Source: Convolutriloba macropyga
Lineage: Eukaryota
Length of the DNA stretch: 64,000 nt
Reading direction: 5' to 3'
Assembly: GCF_964194025.1 (NCBI RefSeq)
Contig: NC_134469.1
Span: 3,534,001 to 3,598,000 of the forward strand
Below, one piece after another: positions 47,625-61,284 of this stretch (its first letter is position 1; each line of letters opens with the position of its first letter). The position numbers were made by a program, and so were the translations under genes. The notes beneath the pieces were generated by a model that searched no databases, was not told where the DNA came from, and saw only the letters and a list, made by a program, of their open reading frames with translations.

Positions 47625-49212
47625 TTGATAGTTTGTTGCGCAGTTATGGCTAGTTCTGACTTATTACAGACATAACTGAATTTTTTGCTCTGTAGTAGTT
47701 GTAACTAGATTTGCGGGCGCTCTTTCCTTTCGATCCTGGTAGAACTAGACTGAGAATACTGTCTATTAATGGCATATTCATCACTGTAGATTGGTCAGTC
47801 ATGATTGAGGCATTCCTAATCTTTTCCTTAGCTGTACAACTCGTTATCAAGGTGATAAACAACGGCAAGGGAGTGTACTGTTCTACAAAGGGAAAGGGAA
47901 AAGTATCAGCACTTTTTGTGAGTTTATAATCCCCATTTCCAAAGCGAGGGTGATTCGTTTTTCCTGACTAATGCCGTGGTGTGCTAACGCTAATTTTCAG
48001 CAATGTTCCTACTACCCCTCTGGTCTTCCGTTCTCAGATACCTTCTGAATAGGTGCTTCACTCTCTAAGCCAATCGTGCCAACATTGAGTCTTTTCCTTG
48101 ATAGCACCCCAACCCCCCCCCCCCCCCCCTCACAGGTTAGTGGCCATATAACGTATAGCCCCCGCCTCATCATGATAAACATGCAGCAACGGGGGCCGTA
48201 ATTTCGGGGTGGGGGGCTATAATTGGAAAGACCTCGAACATCAACAACTAAACATTCTCTGTGAAATATTGCGGATCTTTTCCGTCGTTTGTACCCCTCC
48301 TACCGCACCTGAGAAATGTACATAGCACACCAGTCTAGCTTGCTAACATTAAAATAACACGAATTTTGCAAAATGTAGAATTTTTCTGCCCCACCCTCGG
48401 TGTCTGTATTACCACCAGTTACAACTATATAGCTTTTTAATACGTAAAAAATGACACGTGCATGTGAAACGGAGCATTAGAATTGAAATATCCCCTCTAA
48501 GCTGGGTGGGGGGGGGGGTAGTGGTATGTGGTATTTATAGTAGGAAATAGTCATGAGAAAATAAAATTTGTGATTTATGTCAAGGGAAGTTTTCTTTTGC
48601 AGGCCACCTGTGATGCAATTTCTGCAATCTCACAACATCAAAATATACTGTATGGAAGTAACTATTATTAGCTACCATATAGGGAAGGGGAGTACTAGAC
48701 GAAAAAGATCTCATTCATGTCCCAATACAGTTTAGTCAACATACTATTAAGCTTGATCAACATTGGCACTGTTTTCTGTTATTGTTTACAAGTTGCTAAC
48801 GAATATGGATATATTATAACTACTGCCCGCCATTATAAATTTGGGCACTTTTTTAGTCTTTTGGCATAATTGAGACAGGAGTTATGTTGATTATATGTAT
48901 TATCGTGCAAATCATTCTTAAGTTTGCGTCGGAATTTTTCCAGAAGAAGTTAATAATGGCTTCTTAAATTGCGGTCAAGTTCAGATGTGCTTTTCACAGT
49001 TCTGTAAACAACAAAGATTGGGATCTATCCCCCCTGGAGTTGGGAGGAGGGGAGAAACAGATTAAATCGAAAAATGGTTCTTGTTGAAATTCGGAGTGAA
49101 TGGATGGTTGAAAAAAGGAAGCAAAAAATGAAAATTTTTAATGATCATGATATTACATAACGACCAAATCTTCGTTTCAAGCACTTTCGTTTCAAGCACT
49201 GTTAGATTTGTG

Positions 49213-49351
49213 GGATCTTTTCCGTTTGTGCCCAGCTTAGTGGGTGCATATTAATTGCACCCAGCAAATGCACGTGCCATATTTTTAAGATAATGATTTA
49301 CCATGTAATGATTCGTGCTCTGCTAGTGGGGTGCTCAAAGGGACAAGATCC
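49213..49351. mobile_element. 139-bp MITE with GGATCTT termini and a perfect 8-bp TSD (GATTTGTG)
   Basis: ggatctt at 49213 and aagatcc ending at 49351; gatttgtg at 49205-49212 and 49352-49359. Confidence 0.75.
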
Positions 49352-50659
49352 GATTTGTGATTACTTGACATTTAGCAGCCTGTGTGCTCTTGATGCTTCA
49401 TAGCGCTGATCAGTTTTTGTGGCTGAAATTTTTCCTAAAATCTTTCCAGTGACCAAAACGTTATAACTAACTTTACCACCTCACCCCCCACCCCTCACCT
49501 CACTCTCAATGGCTCCTCTCAGCTTTGGGCAAGCTAATGTCTTGTATAACAATCATTCAGTTTAAAATATTGACAATTTTTATCTGTGATATTATTTAGA
49601 GCTCTGATTACCATAATTAATCATCGGCTTCTACATTAGTCAACGCTGGGTAAAAAGAGAGGGATACGGGGGGGGGGGGGGGGGGGGGGGGCTGGGCTGG
49701 GCTGGGCTGAGTGAAGAAGATTTTTGAACCAATATTCTTAACATTTCCACCCAATTTCAGATTTTAGTTTTGATCAAAGCACAGCAGCTATATGACTTAA
49801 GGGTGGAAATGTACTAGTGTGTATTTGTACTGTTTTCTAAGCTTTACTTTCCTTCTTTTTGTCTCATCTGATCAGGCCATCACAATTCCAGATAGCTACA
49901 CATCAAATAGATAGTTTTATAAACTAGATTTAACTTTTTTATAACAGAGTACACTAAATCAAATAACCGTGATCAAATTTCTGTATCGGATGAACTGTGC
50001 TTGAAAAGCCGTAATTTGATGTTGAAGAAAAAACACCAAAAACGACCATTGCAACAAAATTAATGATTATTCTACATGGGCTTAGTAATAAAATATTGGT
50101 CACCGTGCATTTCGAAGAACTTTGTCGAGATTTTTTATTCTGCATGAATTAATTGCGTAAAATTATTTACCTAGAATGAATTTAGGACAGATATCGCTGT
50201 CGTTAATTTTCGTAGAACGTGGATGCGTACGATGTTCAACCGATACTACAATTATTTGATGACGTTTTTCTACTCACGACTATTTCTATGATTTTTACTC
50301 TGATCTCAAATGCAGTAAGTTATTTACTTTTCCATAACCAAATTTTCCTCGAGGAAAAGCAAAACCCGTATTTCAAATGAATTGAAGTGTTGTTTTACAA
50401 TTATGTCGGGTCACATGTATTGTTTTTAACCCAGTATTATTTATATTTAGTAAGCCTCTCTTAGTTGCTGTGCAATTAGTTTTGATATCGTTCTTAAACA
50501 ATTTATTAGTACTGTTCACTTGTTTTTTTTTGTCTGCAGCAAATATTGATGAGAAAAGGTATGAATGAGAGTTACAGATTGATAGCTTTGACTAGAGTCC
50601 TTTGAACAGGTCTTTCTAGAACCGGCTTCAGTATTAGGAGATGAAGTATTAAATAACAA

Positions 50660-53263
50660 ACAAGGCGACTCGGTAATGTGCAATTGCACATAAGGTTCCG
50701 ACCCCGCTCATCCACAATTTTGGCATGATCGTCTACCAAATGAGGAACAAAGAAAAACCCAAAAATTCAAGTATTTTTTTAAAAAATGGGTGTATGAACG
50801 AAAAGATAGCCTCCAAAGCAAATAACTCAGTGGTAGAGTGAATAATGGCGCATTAGATTGATGTGATGTGCAAATATTAAGAAAGCGAGTCAAGACGAAC
50901 AGCAAAATCAAACAACAAAATTTAATTACATCAAAAACCTCAGGTCCGTTTTAAAACAATGTCGAAATAGCGTCAGATAAAAATGATATTAAACAAAATA
51001 ACTTTTAATTCACCAGAAAAGATATGGGACTACTCAATAAAAAGGCTTGGTAACAATTAGACAATAAAGAAAAAAACAGTAAAGTCGTAAAGTTCGCTGA
51101 TTTTTTTAAAACAATTAATTTCAAAGTAATGAAAACAATTAGAAATCAACTAATATATCCCATAGGTGTACAATTAGCAATGCTTCTATAGAAGAAATTA
51201 AAAACTGGCCGGCATTCAATTTTTTATGCGGTTACAAAATGAACAACAAATAGACAAATAAAAAATCAATTAAAACTTGGCAGAAAACGCTTTCGAAACG
51301 GTAAACCCATACTATGGCTATCAAAATATGTTTGACTGCACTTTCTGCGAGCATCGACAATGTGTTATGTAACCTCTCATTATTGAAGCTAAGTAACAAG
51401 TAGATAAAAATGAAAAAAAATACAAAATTAAGTAACACTTTAATTTTTTTTCGAAAAAAAAAAATTTCCAAAGACATGAACGCCATGAAGTACAGAATGA
51501 AATAAATAGGTTCTTTTATTCTTCCAAAGCCAGCCCTTAAGAATTGAAATTATCCAGAATATGTCTCATGTCTACAAAATGAACGTCAAACTTGACAAAA
51601 ATCAAAAATTAATTTACTTTTTCGTGTCGAAGCCAGTAAAGTCTACGAATTCTTTAAAAACAATAGATTGTGTGGCACCAATCCCTCTTGAAAATTTTCT
51701 TTGACAACAATAATGTCATATTTGACTTGATAAATTAACGATTTTAAATTAACCAGACTAGATAACAAACAGACCATAAAAGGAGCAAAATTGGGAAGTT
51801 AGTTTTTTTTTTAATTTATAAAATAATTGTCATGAAAGCCATCTGCTATCTACTAATATCAGAATATCGGATCATCTATTCTTCCGTGAAAAGCCAATGA
51901 AAGCAGGTCATTGTACTGCAATTTTCATACGACTAAAAAGACAAAGTAAAAAGGACAGTTAAAGACAAAGTTTAAAAAAAATTCGATTAAATTCACAATC
52001 TCTATCACAATCTATATGTTCAAGGATTTTTTTATTATCAATTGTGCCTTATTTTGAAAACCAATAATGTGATATACGAACTGTCAATAATGTGATAATG
52101 TGACAAAACTAGAAACGTGAAAAATTGGCAAATACCTGAAAAATTAAAAAAAATGTGAAATCTAGTAATATCAAAGCCAGCAAAACATAACTTAAGGCGT
52201 AGAACCGCAAGAAAGATTGAATTTCATTTCAATAGAGAGAAGAAGCATTCTTTCATTGCTGACAATGAGCTACAAGTTGACCAAATTAAGAGAAAATAGA
52301 GGCAAATTTCATTAAGTCATTATTTATTTCAAAATCAAATACTTTTAAAAGTCAAAACGACCATAAGCTTACCAGTAATCACCCAGATACAACAATGTGG
52401 AGCTATTTAGGAACTATCATAACTTGGACCTATCATTAGTGAGCTTTGGTTGGAAATGTTCTGTTATTTAATTAATGTAGAAAAGGTCGATTTTTTTAAT
52501 AAAAAAGACCGACTGATTACAATCCGAAAATTTTTTGGATTATATCAGTTCAAGGTTGATTCAAAGCTAGCCCTGCTAATGTTGTTTGTCTATTAGGAAC
52601 ACCTAATTATTCGAATCTTCTAGATATTGATATTTTGTTTATTAAAAACTCAACAATAGATGCTGCGTTTTTGTTAATCAACGAATAAATTTAGCAAAAA
52701 ACGGCGAAGTTTTAATTACATAGCACTCTCAACGGAATTTGAAGTAGAGAAAGCCCCATTTGGGGTCTAAAAAGATTGAGTTAGTGGTTTTGGGTCTGTG
52801 GTTCTTATGAACTCAATCAAGCTTGACTACGAAATTTATTTCGTGCTGTTTTTGATGAAAGTCTTAATTTTGAAAAATTTAGCCAGAATTTTTGACAAAA
52901 AAAAATAATAAAAATAGCCCTCAATAAAGTTTTTTGTCTTTACAAACAAAAATCAACAACACCTTCTAAAAAAATTAACAAATTTCAGCGAAATTGGCGA
53001 AGTTTTAGTCAAAAATTCCGGAAAATGTGAATAAAATCTCACCGGAATGCACACTATTTTCTCAAAATTTAAACCTCGATAACTCCCTTTAAAAAACTAA
53101 AATTAAAAAAATCTTTTTAATTCCATATTCTCTGCTGGGCAAGCTTTCTAATGATACCAGTCTCAACTCTCTACGATGAATATATCGATCGGCCAAAATT
53201 GACTGAACAAAAAAAACCCATTTGAGTATATAGTTCCTTCTCCCTCAAGAGGGGTCGGAACAA
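50660..53263 (-). mobile_element. Helentron/HINE-like non-autonomous element (~2.6 kb)
   Basis: 11-bp subterminal inverted repeats gttccgacccc (50695-50705) and ggggtcggaac (53251-53261); stem-loop at one end (gttcc..ccctc-aa-gaggg..ggaac); perfect 16-bp palindrome atgtgcaattgcacat (50676-50691) at the other. Homologous ends recur at 57660-58156 and ~59380-60092. Confidence 0.7.
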
Positions 53264-53859
53264 TTAACCAGTTTTCCAAATCTAACGAAGTCTAGGCATC
53301 CCTAACCTCGTAGTGTATTGTTACACATTTGATCATGTTTTTAATAAGTTTTCGCAGTTCAAGTAGTAATAGTTCTGTTCCATGCTCCTTAGAACAAGCG
53401 AAAAATGAATATTTCAATTTTATGTACCGCGAAACGTGTGGCATTTAATGTAAGAACCGGAAATTGGCGAGTTGGCTCCATTTTTTTAAATCAAAATTCT
53501 CTATCTGATAGTTCACCCTCATCAGTCACCCCCTCCTCACCTGCCCCGCCCCCACGCTGAACCCCGCCCCTTAGAAGCCTACTTCGCTCCCCCTTATGTT
53601 ACATACTTTTAGGCACCCGAAGTTAACCAACCGCTACTAGCAAAGGAAACGCTTGCCTGCAACAGTTATAAGTAGTAGTAAAAGAACGAAATTTACCAGG
53701 AACAGAATTTTGACAATACTCAATAGAATCAGAAGGTACAAAGGTTAAATAAATAAAATTCAACAAAACATCTTAAAATCAGCACCATCAAACGGCACAT
53801 TGGCATTTAATTGGGGTACATGCTCTTGTCAAGTCATTTTTAAAATTGCGTAAATTTAC

Positions 53860-54720
53860 GAAAAAAGTTTTAAACTGCGATTTGTAGTTGTTCGAGGGCA
53901 CAGGATATTGAAATCATTAATGTCATTAAAATCGTCGACCAAAGGAGTGGGGCGATTAAAATAGGTAATTTCTGTGATAGCTTTGTTTGCAATTCGAAAC
54001 AAGATACTGCCCTTTCTCACTCCGTAAATTTTTGCAGCTCTTCTTTAGCTAAAAATTATCAAAAATGAGAACAACTTAGCTCTGACATTGGAAGCAAAAA
54101 ATACAAATCACAGGTCGAATTGATATGCGATTGTAATTGCAGCAGCAGTAGCCAAGAGATCAATAAAGCTTTTTTCCGAAAAAAAAGAACTCTTAGCATT
54201 TCATGTCGAAGTTCTCAAGTAATCGGAGCTGTGCCAGATTAACATTGTCTTGGTTAATTAAAATTCTGCCTAGTCTTGTGCAATTTTGAGCTAATGTTAA
54301 ATTCCCATTTAAGACCGCTAGTAATTTCAGTTCCCAGATCTGGGGTAAAATGCAGCTGTTTATAGACATCCAGTGCTCGTTTTGAAAAATGAATTTACGT
54401 ACATTTCGACGGACTGAATTTCAAGCAGTTTTTTTTTTACCAAGAAGAAAGCATACCGAGTCTTTCTGACATTCAGCAGTGATATCCGTCGTAAACATTA
54501 CAGCTTAGTATTATCCGCAAAGTTGTAACACAATTTGTCGGAAGTGAGAACATATTGACAATATAAACTAGAAACAGAAGTGCTATTCATGCGCTAACTT
54601 ATCGAGAGTAGCATGATTTACCGTATCGAATAAGTTTATATGTACTTTTAAAAAGTTTTTTTTTACTCATTATTTATTTGTATCGTTTCAACAAACGTAG
54701 GTCATCATATTTGTTTATTG
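53860..54720 (-). mobile_element. Very degenerate LINE RT remnants
   Basis: Minus-strand traces LLFLVYI (~54560-54580), YNFADN (~54510-54527) and IYGVR (~54015-54030). Confidence 0.4.
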
Positions 54721-55699
54721 GACAGTGATCTTCGTTCCGTCATCTCATTATTTATAATGTTTTTCAGTTATAGCGTTTTTGTGGCTTCTTCTTGGAAGCC
54801 AATGCAATTTCAAGTCAAGTTTTAATTGGTGCTTGAAATTTATGGACATAGAATGACAATCTTGTCGACACCAGACTGCTTTTTCGTTTTCTTCTCAAAA
54901 TTTTGAAAATCCGTAGTTTGAGTGTTCCAATATTGTGCATTTTTGTTAACCAAAGGTAAGCTCTTCAATACTGCAGTTTACGGAAAATAATGAATGTTCT
55001 TGTCGAGTTCTCATCTACAGAGGTTCTATTGTTGCTTTATTGTTCAGTTTGAGACAAATTGTTTTTCATGAGCACGTCTATGTAATGCGTGACTTAGTTC
55101 AGTTTTTTTAACGAAAGTCTTTCAATTAATCAATTATTGTTGTGGCCTTTGTCAACAAATTCAAGTGCACTGCATTGATAATGAATATAAATTTTTTGGC
55201 TAGTAAGATTTGTTAATATTTTTTATTCAGAGAGAAAGCTATTCTTTGTTTGTTTATAGTTGCGATAGCTGAGTGGAGCTTTTACTGACCTTCTCTTGGT
55301 TTTTTACAATTCAAAGAATTTGAATTGTATCGGTGCGCTGTGTTTTTTTTTTAAGATGTGTTCACACATTTTTCAATGACTTTGATCGTTCAAAACGGGA
55401 TAAACAGGTAAAGCCCAGCGGGCATTAAGTTTCATTAGAGGCCCAAAGTGGGCTTTAGTTGTCCTTCAAGTGCTAATAGTGGTGCAGTTGCTGGGATGGC
55501 CTTAATTTAAGGTTAAAAGGTCATTTTTAGGAGTTTCTGTGCTCAAAATGGTGCAATTGTTCATGTTTTTGTGATTTTTTTGAGTTTCTGTGTTTGATTA
55601 GTGTTAGGTTGAAGTTTTTAAGAGTTGATTAAGGTCGCTTGCGACACAAAATTGCTTGTTATGACCATTTTATGAGCTATAAGTTTTGGTACTACAAAC

Positions 55700-56900
55700 A
55701 CAAACTCGCGAAAGGATACTAATTTTTGCAATTTTTTTCAGGTTTTTTGAAAATTTTTGTCATTTTTTGAGTTTTTTTAGGCCTAGGTGCCAAGAAACCT
55801 CCTCTAGAGTTTGATAACGGGTTTGATAATATATTAGTGCATAGTTTCTAGGGGTAATGGATTGGTTTTAAATTTCTGCCATCATGAATTTTAGCATTTT
55901 TTGACAAAGCTTGCAATTTTTTCATATTTTTTTGACATTTATTGTCATTATTCAAGTTTTTTGAAACCCATGGGCCATAAAACCTCAATAGCGGTTGGAT
56001 GATAAGTTACTGAAATTTTTTAGTTGCCATGGAATAGGTTTCCATTTTTGAATATCACTAATTTTAGCAATTTTTTTGACAAAATTCGCATTTTTTTCGT
56101 GTTTTTGAAATTTTTCGTCTTTCAGTTTGTACTTTTCAGTTTTTCCAGCTTCAAGGACCAGGCAATCTCCTTTGAGGTTTGTTAATAGGGCACTTCATAG
56201 TTTCTAATAACAATGGAATGGTTTTTAACATTTTAGTGTCTCGAATTTTAGCATTTTTTTTTTGATAAAATCTGCAATTTTTTTAAGGTTTCCTTAAGTT
56301 TTTGTCAGTTCTTGATATTCGTCCATTCTCAAATGCTAGAAAACCTATTCCATGTTCTAATAAAATTTACTGCATGATTTTTTGTTTCAATGGATTAGTT
56401 TTCAACAATTTAACCTTTCGACTTTTGGAAGTTTTTTGATAAAATTTGCAATTTTTTTCAAGTTTTTTCAAAACGTTTGTATTTTATTTTTTTTCTTGTC
56501 TCAGTAGACAGTTAACCTGATCCAGTGTTTGATAGTATGTTATTAAATAATTATTAAATGCTAGGGGGCAATTGAATGGCTTTCAACATTTTAATAGAAC
56601 GAATTTCTATTTTTTGAAGTTATTGTAGAAATTATTGCCTATCGGTCTATGAGCCAATGAGTTTTTTAAAGCTTGGAATTGGGTTACGGGATAGCCTCTA
56701 GAGACATAGAAGTGATTCTGAAGATATTTGTATCACGATTTTCAGCAACATTTTCTGATAATTTGCAATTGATTTTTTTTACATTTTTTGGTCATTTTCG
56801 AGTTAATCATCGATCTTCAAGGGCCAATTAATATTTTTCAGGTCTTGCAGATATAATACTGGACCGATTTCAGAAACAAAATTTGATTTTGAACATATTT
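55700..56900. repeat. Degenerate ~180-bp tandem array
   Basis: Recurring anchor motifs (aattttagca..ttttgacaaa..gcaattttt; aatggattggtttt) at roughly 175-190 bp spacing (~55728, 55912, 56088, 56275, 56448). Confidence 0.65.
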
Positions 56901-57361
56901 TTGAAATAGGTATTTTTAAAGGGAAAAAATTTTGCCTTAGGTTTTGAAATCTTCGAGTTTTAGCAATGAGTATATTTTGTTTAGTTTTGATTCTTTTAAT
57001 TTCTCATTTTTTTGACATGATTTTGTTTGTGTTCTGGCTGGAATTGTTCAATTTATCTGCTTTTCAGGTAGAGTACGTCTGAGTTTTTCATTCAATTCTT
57101 TGAATTGTATTTCAGGACTTGTCCTGCTGTTTTTTTGTTTCGTCGTCAACTTTTTATCTAGACTCCTGACGGCGCGCTTACTTCACTTGAGCGTTTTTTC
57201 TTCATCTACGTGAAATTTGTTTGGTCGCACGTAATTTGCATCACTCTTAAATTCTAATTGAAGCTTTTCTCTGGGCAGGTTTATAGTTCCAATTAAATTC
57301 CAGCTGGTTCAGACAATTAGTACGAAAACCAAGTTTTTAAGTAATTTTTTAGGCAGCATTC

Positions 57362-57459
57362 TTTTTAATAGCCGCAAAGCGATAGCGGCTATTATTGGGG
57401 ACATCGTGCTTTTTTACGACTCGAAGAGGAGTTTTGAGATTCTACAAGTTTTTTTTAGC
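57362..57459 (+). mobile_element. 5' end of a HINE-like element (related to 42938), running into the gap
   Basis: tttttAATAGCCGC-aaagcgata-GCGGCTATT perfect 9-bp stem with the same subterminal motif as 42943. Confidence 0.55.
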
Positions 57460-57659
57460 NNNNNNNNNNNNNNNNNNNNNNNNNNNNNNNNNNNNNNNNN
57501 NNNNNNNNNNNNNNNNNNNNNNNNNNNNNNNNNNNNNNNNNNNNNNNNNNNNNNNNNNNNNNNNNNNNNNNNNNNNNNNNNNNNNNNNNNNNNNNNNNNN
57601 NNNNNNNNNNNNNNNNNNNNNNNNNNNNNNNNNNNNNNNNNNNNNNNNNNNNNNNNNNN
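57460..57659. other. Assembly gap (200 N)
   Basis: Run of N; the round length suggests a placeholder of unknown size. Confidence 1.
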
Positions 57660-60600
57660 AGGATTGTCTATTGTTGCTTGGAGGTGTACTGCCGGCAAAT
57701 TTAATCAAAGGGGACCAAAGTAGCTTATTTTCGTGCTGTTTTTGATGAAAAAGGCTGAACTTTGAAATATTTAGCCAGAATTTTTGACCAAAAAAATTAA
57801 ATCAAATTAATCAACAATGCTTGTTTGTCTTTAAAAATAAAATCAACGACACTGTTCATAAAAATTTTAACAAATTTCAGCAAAATTGACGAAACTTTAG
57901 GCAAAAATTTCGGAAAATGTGAATAAAAACAACGTGAATTCACTACTTTTCTCAGAAGTTTAAACCTCGATAACTCCCTGTGCAAAACGAAAATTTAAAA
58001 AATCTTTTTAATTCCATATTCTACGCTGGACGAGCTTTCTAATGATACCAGTCTCAACTCTCTACGATGAATATATTGATCGGCGAAAATTGACTGAACA
58101 AAAAAAAACCCATTTGAGTATATAGTTCCTCCGTCCCTCAAGAGGGGTCGGAACAACAAGCTTGGTTTTCCCAACTTGGTATACCCTGATATGCGGTGGA
58201 TTAGCATTAGGTTTTTTAAGTTCTCAAACAAAATCCACCCAGAGGGGTAAAACTTTTATCTAAAGTTTACTTGTGATTCTTCTTTGCAACTCACTTTTAA
58301 ATTTTGCCGTGTTAGAGAGGGGGTTAGAATTGCAGAAGAAGTGCCTCTTCGAGAGTGAATTATTATACTTTACAACACGACGGAATAAAATGTTTTGAAA
58401 AATCGTTTCAATGACATGCCTCTCGAGAAGGACTTGATCAGATAATCTGGTTCTAGTATCAGCATATTCAAAGTCCATAAACAATCAGTGTACTCCTGAT
58501 CAATAAAACATATCCATTTACGGCAAGCGCGCTGTCATTTTCCTCCAACACATTTTTCCTGTAAATCACACATTTGACCCGTAGAGCAAAACCGATAAAA
58601 TTTGACGCACCAGACCACCAATCTTTTCGTGAAATTTCACTTTTATGCCAATAAATTCTCGAGATAAATTTAAGCCAAGAACATTCTGCCACTTCAAGCC
58701 AAAAATACTCATTAATGGAATTCCAGGGTAAAAGAGGATCTAAAGCATTGAAACCCATGGGTCAGTTATAAAATTCTATCTAATTTTCAAATTCAAAACC
58801 AAGCATTTTGATGGCATTTTTGACCCCGTTTTATTTCTGTTCCTTTAAAACGCTTTTGAAACAAATTCTGCTTCTTGACACTAAAAAATCTTGGCAATAA
58901 CCAAAGTGAACAGTTTTGAAGTTGTTGTCAGCTTTGAAGCAATAACCTTTAGTACAATTGTTCTCTTACCAAACCTATCAACTGTGTCCTGAAATCCGGT
59001 TTTCTGAAAATCCTGATCTGATTATCTTCCTCGAAAACCATTTCATCTCTTCCAGCCAATTTTAAAATAACAGCTTACATACTTTTGCTTTCTTTGTCTT
59101 CAATGTTTCAACTGCTTTTTGCTTTTTTAAGTATTTAAGAAAAGTTTCTCTTATCTGCTCTTAACAGCTATAAAGACTCATTCGTCGTTGAAGACAAGAA
59201 ATATTTTGGAAAATTTTATTTTTTTAGTGGCTAAACCTTTTAATTGATCGGTAAAATAAAATAGGAGACACATTTAATTGAAATTTTGATCTGAAATGCA
59301 ATTCAAGTCACTGTAATTTTTGATGACTTCAAATCATAACTACTGATTGGCACAAAACTGATTGGCATAACTACTTCAAGATTGGCACAAAACTAGCCCT
59401 GCTAATGCTTATTGTCCGTTAGAATCAATTGATTTTTCGAATGTTGTAGATATAGATAATTTGTTAGTTAAAAACTCAAAAATAAATTCTGCATTTTTGA
59501 TAATGAACGAGTAACGTTAGCAAAAAAAAGAAAAGTTTTAATAACAGAGCACTCTCAGCGGAAGTTGAAGTAGGAATAGCCCCGTTCTGAGTCTACAAGG
59601 ATTGTCTATTGTTGCTTGGAGGTGTACTGCCGGCAAATTTAATCAAAGGGGACCAAAGTAGCTTATTTCGTGCTGTTTTTGATGAAAAAGGCTGAACTTT
59701 GAAATATTTAGCCAGAATTTTTGACCAAAAAAATTAAATCAAATTAATCAACAATGCTTGTTTGTCTTTAAAAATAAAATCAACGACACTGTTCATAAAA
59801 ATTTTAACAAATTTCAGCAAAATTGACGAAACTTTAGGCAAAAATTTCGGAAAATGTGAATAAAAACAACGTGAATTCACTACTTTTCTCAGAAGTTTAA
59901 ACCTCGATAACTCCCTGTGGAAAACGAAAATTTAAAAAATCTTTTTAATTCCATATTCTACGCTGGACTAGCTTTCTAATGATACCAGTCTCAACTCTCT
60001 ACGATGAATATATTGATCGGCGAAAATTGACTGAACAAAAAAAAACCCATTTGAGTATATAGTTCCTCCCCCCTCAAGAGGGGTCGGAACAACAAGCTTG
60101 GTTTTCCCAACTTGGTATACCCTGATATGCGGTGTATTAGCATTAGGTTTTTTAAGTTCTCAAACAAAATCCACCCAGAGTGGTAAAACTTTTATCTGAA
60201 GTTTACTTGTGATTCTTCTTTGCAACTCACTTTTAAATTTTGCCGAGTTAGAGAGGGGGTTAGAATTGCAGAAGAATTGCCTCTTCGAGAGTGAATTATT
60301 ATACTTTACAACACGACGGAATAAAATGTTTTGAAAAATCGTTTCAATGACATGCCTCTCGAGAAGGACTTGATCAGATAATCTGGTTCTAGTATCAGCA
60401 TATTCAAAGTCCATAAACAATCAGTGTACTCCTGATCAATAAAACATATCCATTTACGGCAAGCGCGCTGTCATTTTCCTCCAACACATTTTTCCTGTAA
60501 ATCACACATTTGACCCGTAGAGCAAAACCGATAAAATTTGACGCACCAGACCACCAATCTTTTCGTGAAATTTCACTTTTATGCCAATAAATTCTCGAGA

Positions 60601-61284
60601 TAAATTTAAGCCAAGAACATTCTGCCACTTCAAGCCAAAAATACTCATTAATGGAATTCCAGGGTAAAAGAGGATCTAAAGCATTGAAACCCATGGGTCA
60701 GTTATAAAATTCTATCTAATTTTCAAATTCAAAACCAAGCATTTTGATGGCATTTTTGACCCCGTTTTATTTCTGTTCCTTTAAAACGCTTTTGAAACAA
60801 ATTCTGCTTCTTGACACTAAAAAATCTTGGCAATAACCAAAGTGAACAGTTTTGAAGTTGTTGTCAGCTTTGAAGCAATAACCTTTAGTACAATTGTTCT
60901 CTTACCAAACCTATCAACTGTGTCCTGAAATCCGGTTTTCTGAAAATCCTGATCTGATTATCTTCCTCGAAAACCATTTCATCTCTTCCAGCCAATTTTA
61001 AAATAACAGCTTACATACTTTTGCTTTCTTTGTCTTCAATGTTTCAACTGCTTTTTGCTTTTTTAAGTATTTAAGAAAAGTTTCTCTTATCTGCTCTTAA
61101 CAGCTATAAAGACTCATTCGTCGTTGAAGACAAGAAATATTTTGGAAAATTTTATTTTTTTAGTGGCTAAACCTTTTAATTGATCGGGAAAATATAATAG
61201 GAGACACATTTAATTGAAATTTTGATCTGAAATGCAATTCAAGTCACTGTAATTTTTGATGACTTCAAATCATAACTACTGATT
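57660..61284. repeat. Near-identical ~1.94-kb tandem duplication
   Basis: 57660-59348 repeats at 59598-61284 (offset ~1937 bp); the 96-aa ORF translations at 58468 and 60404 are identical; few substitutions elsewhere. Confidence 0.92.

Noticed and set aside
57395-57745. ORFs spanning the N run
   Set aside because: Artefacts of the assembly gap.
59394-59410. CTAG as a canonical Helitron 3' terminus
   Set aside because: Homology with the 52.5-kb copy extends past the CTAG, so it is internal.
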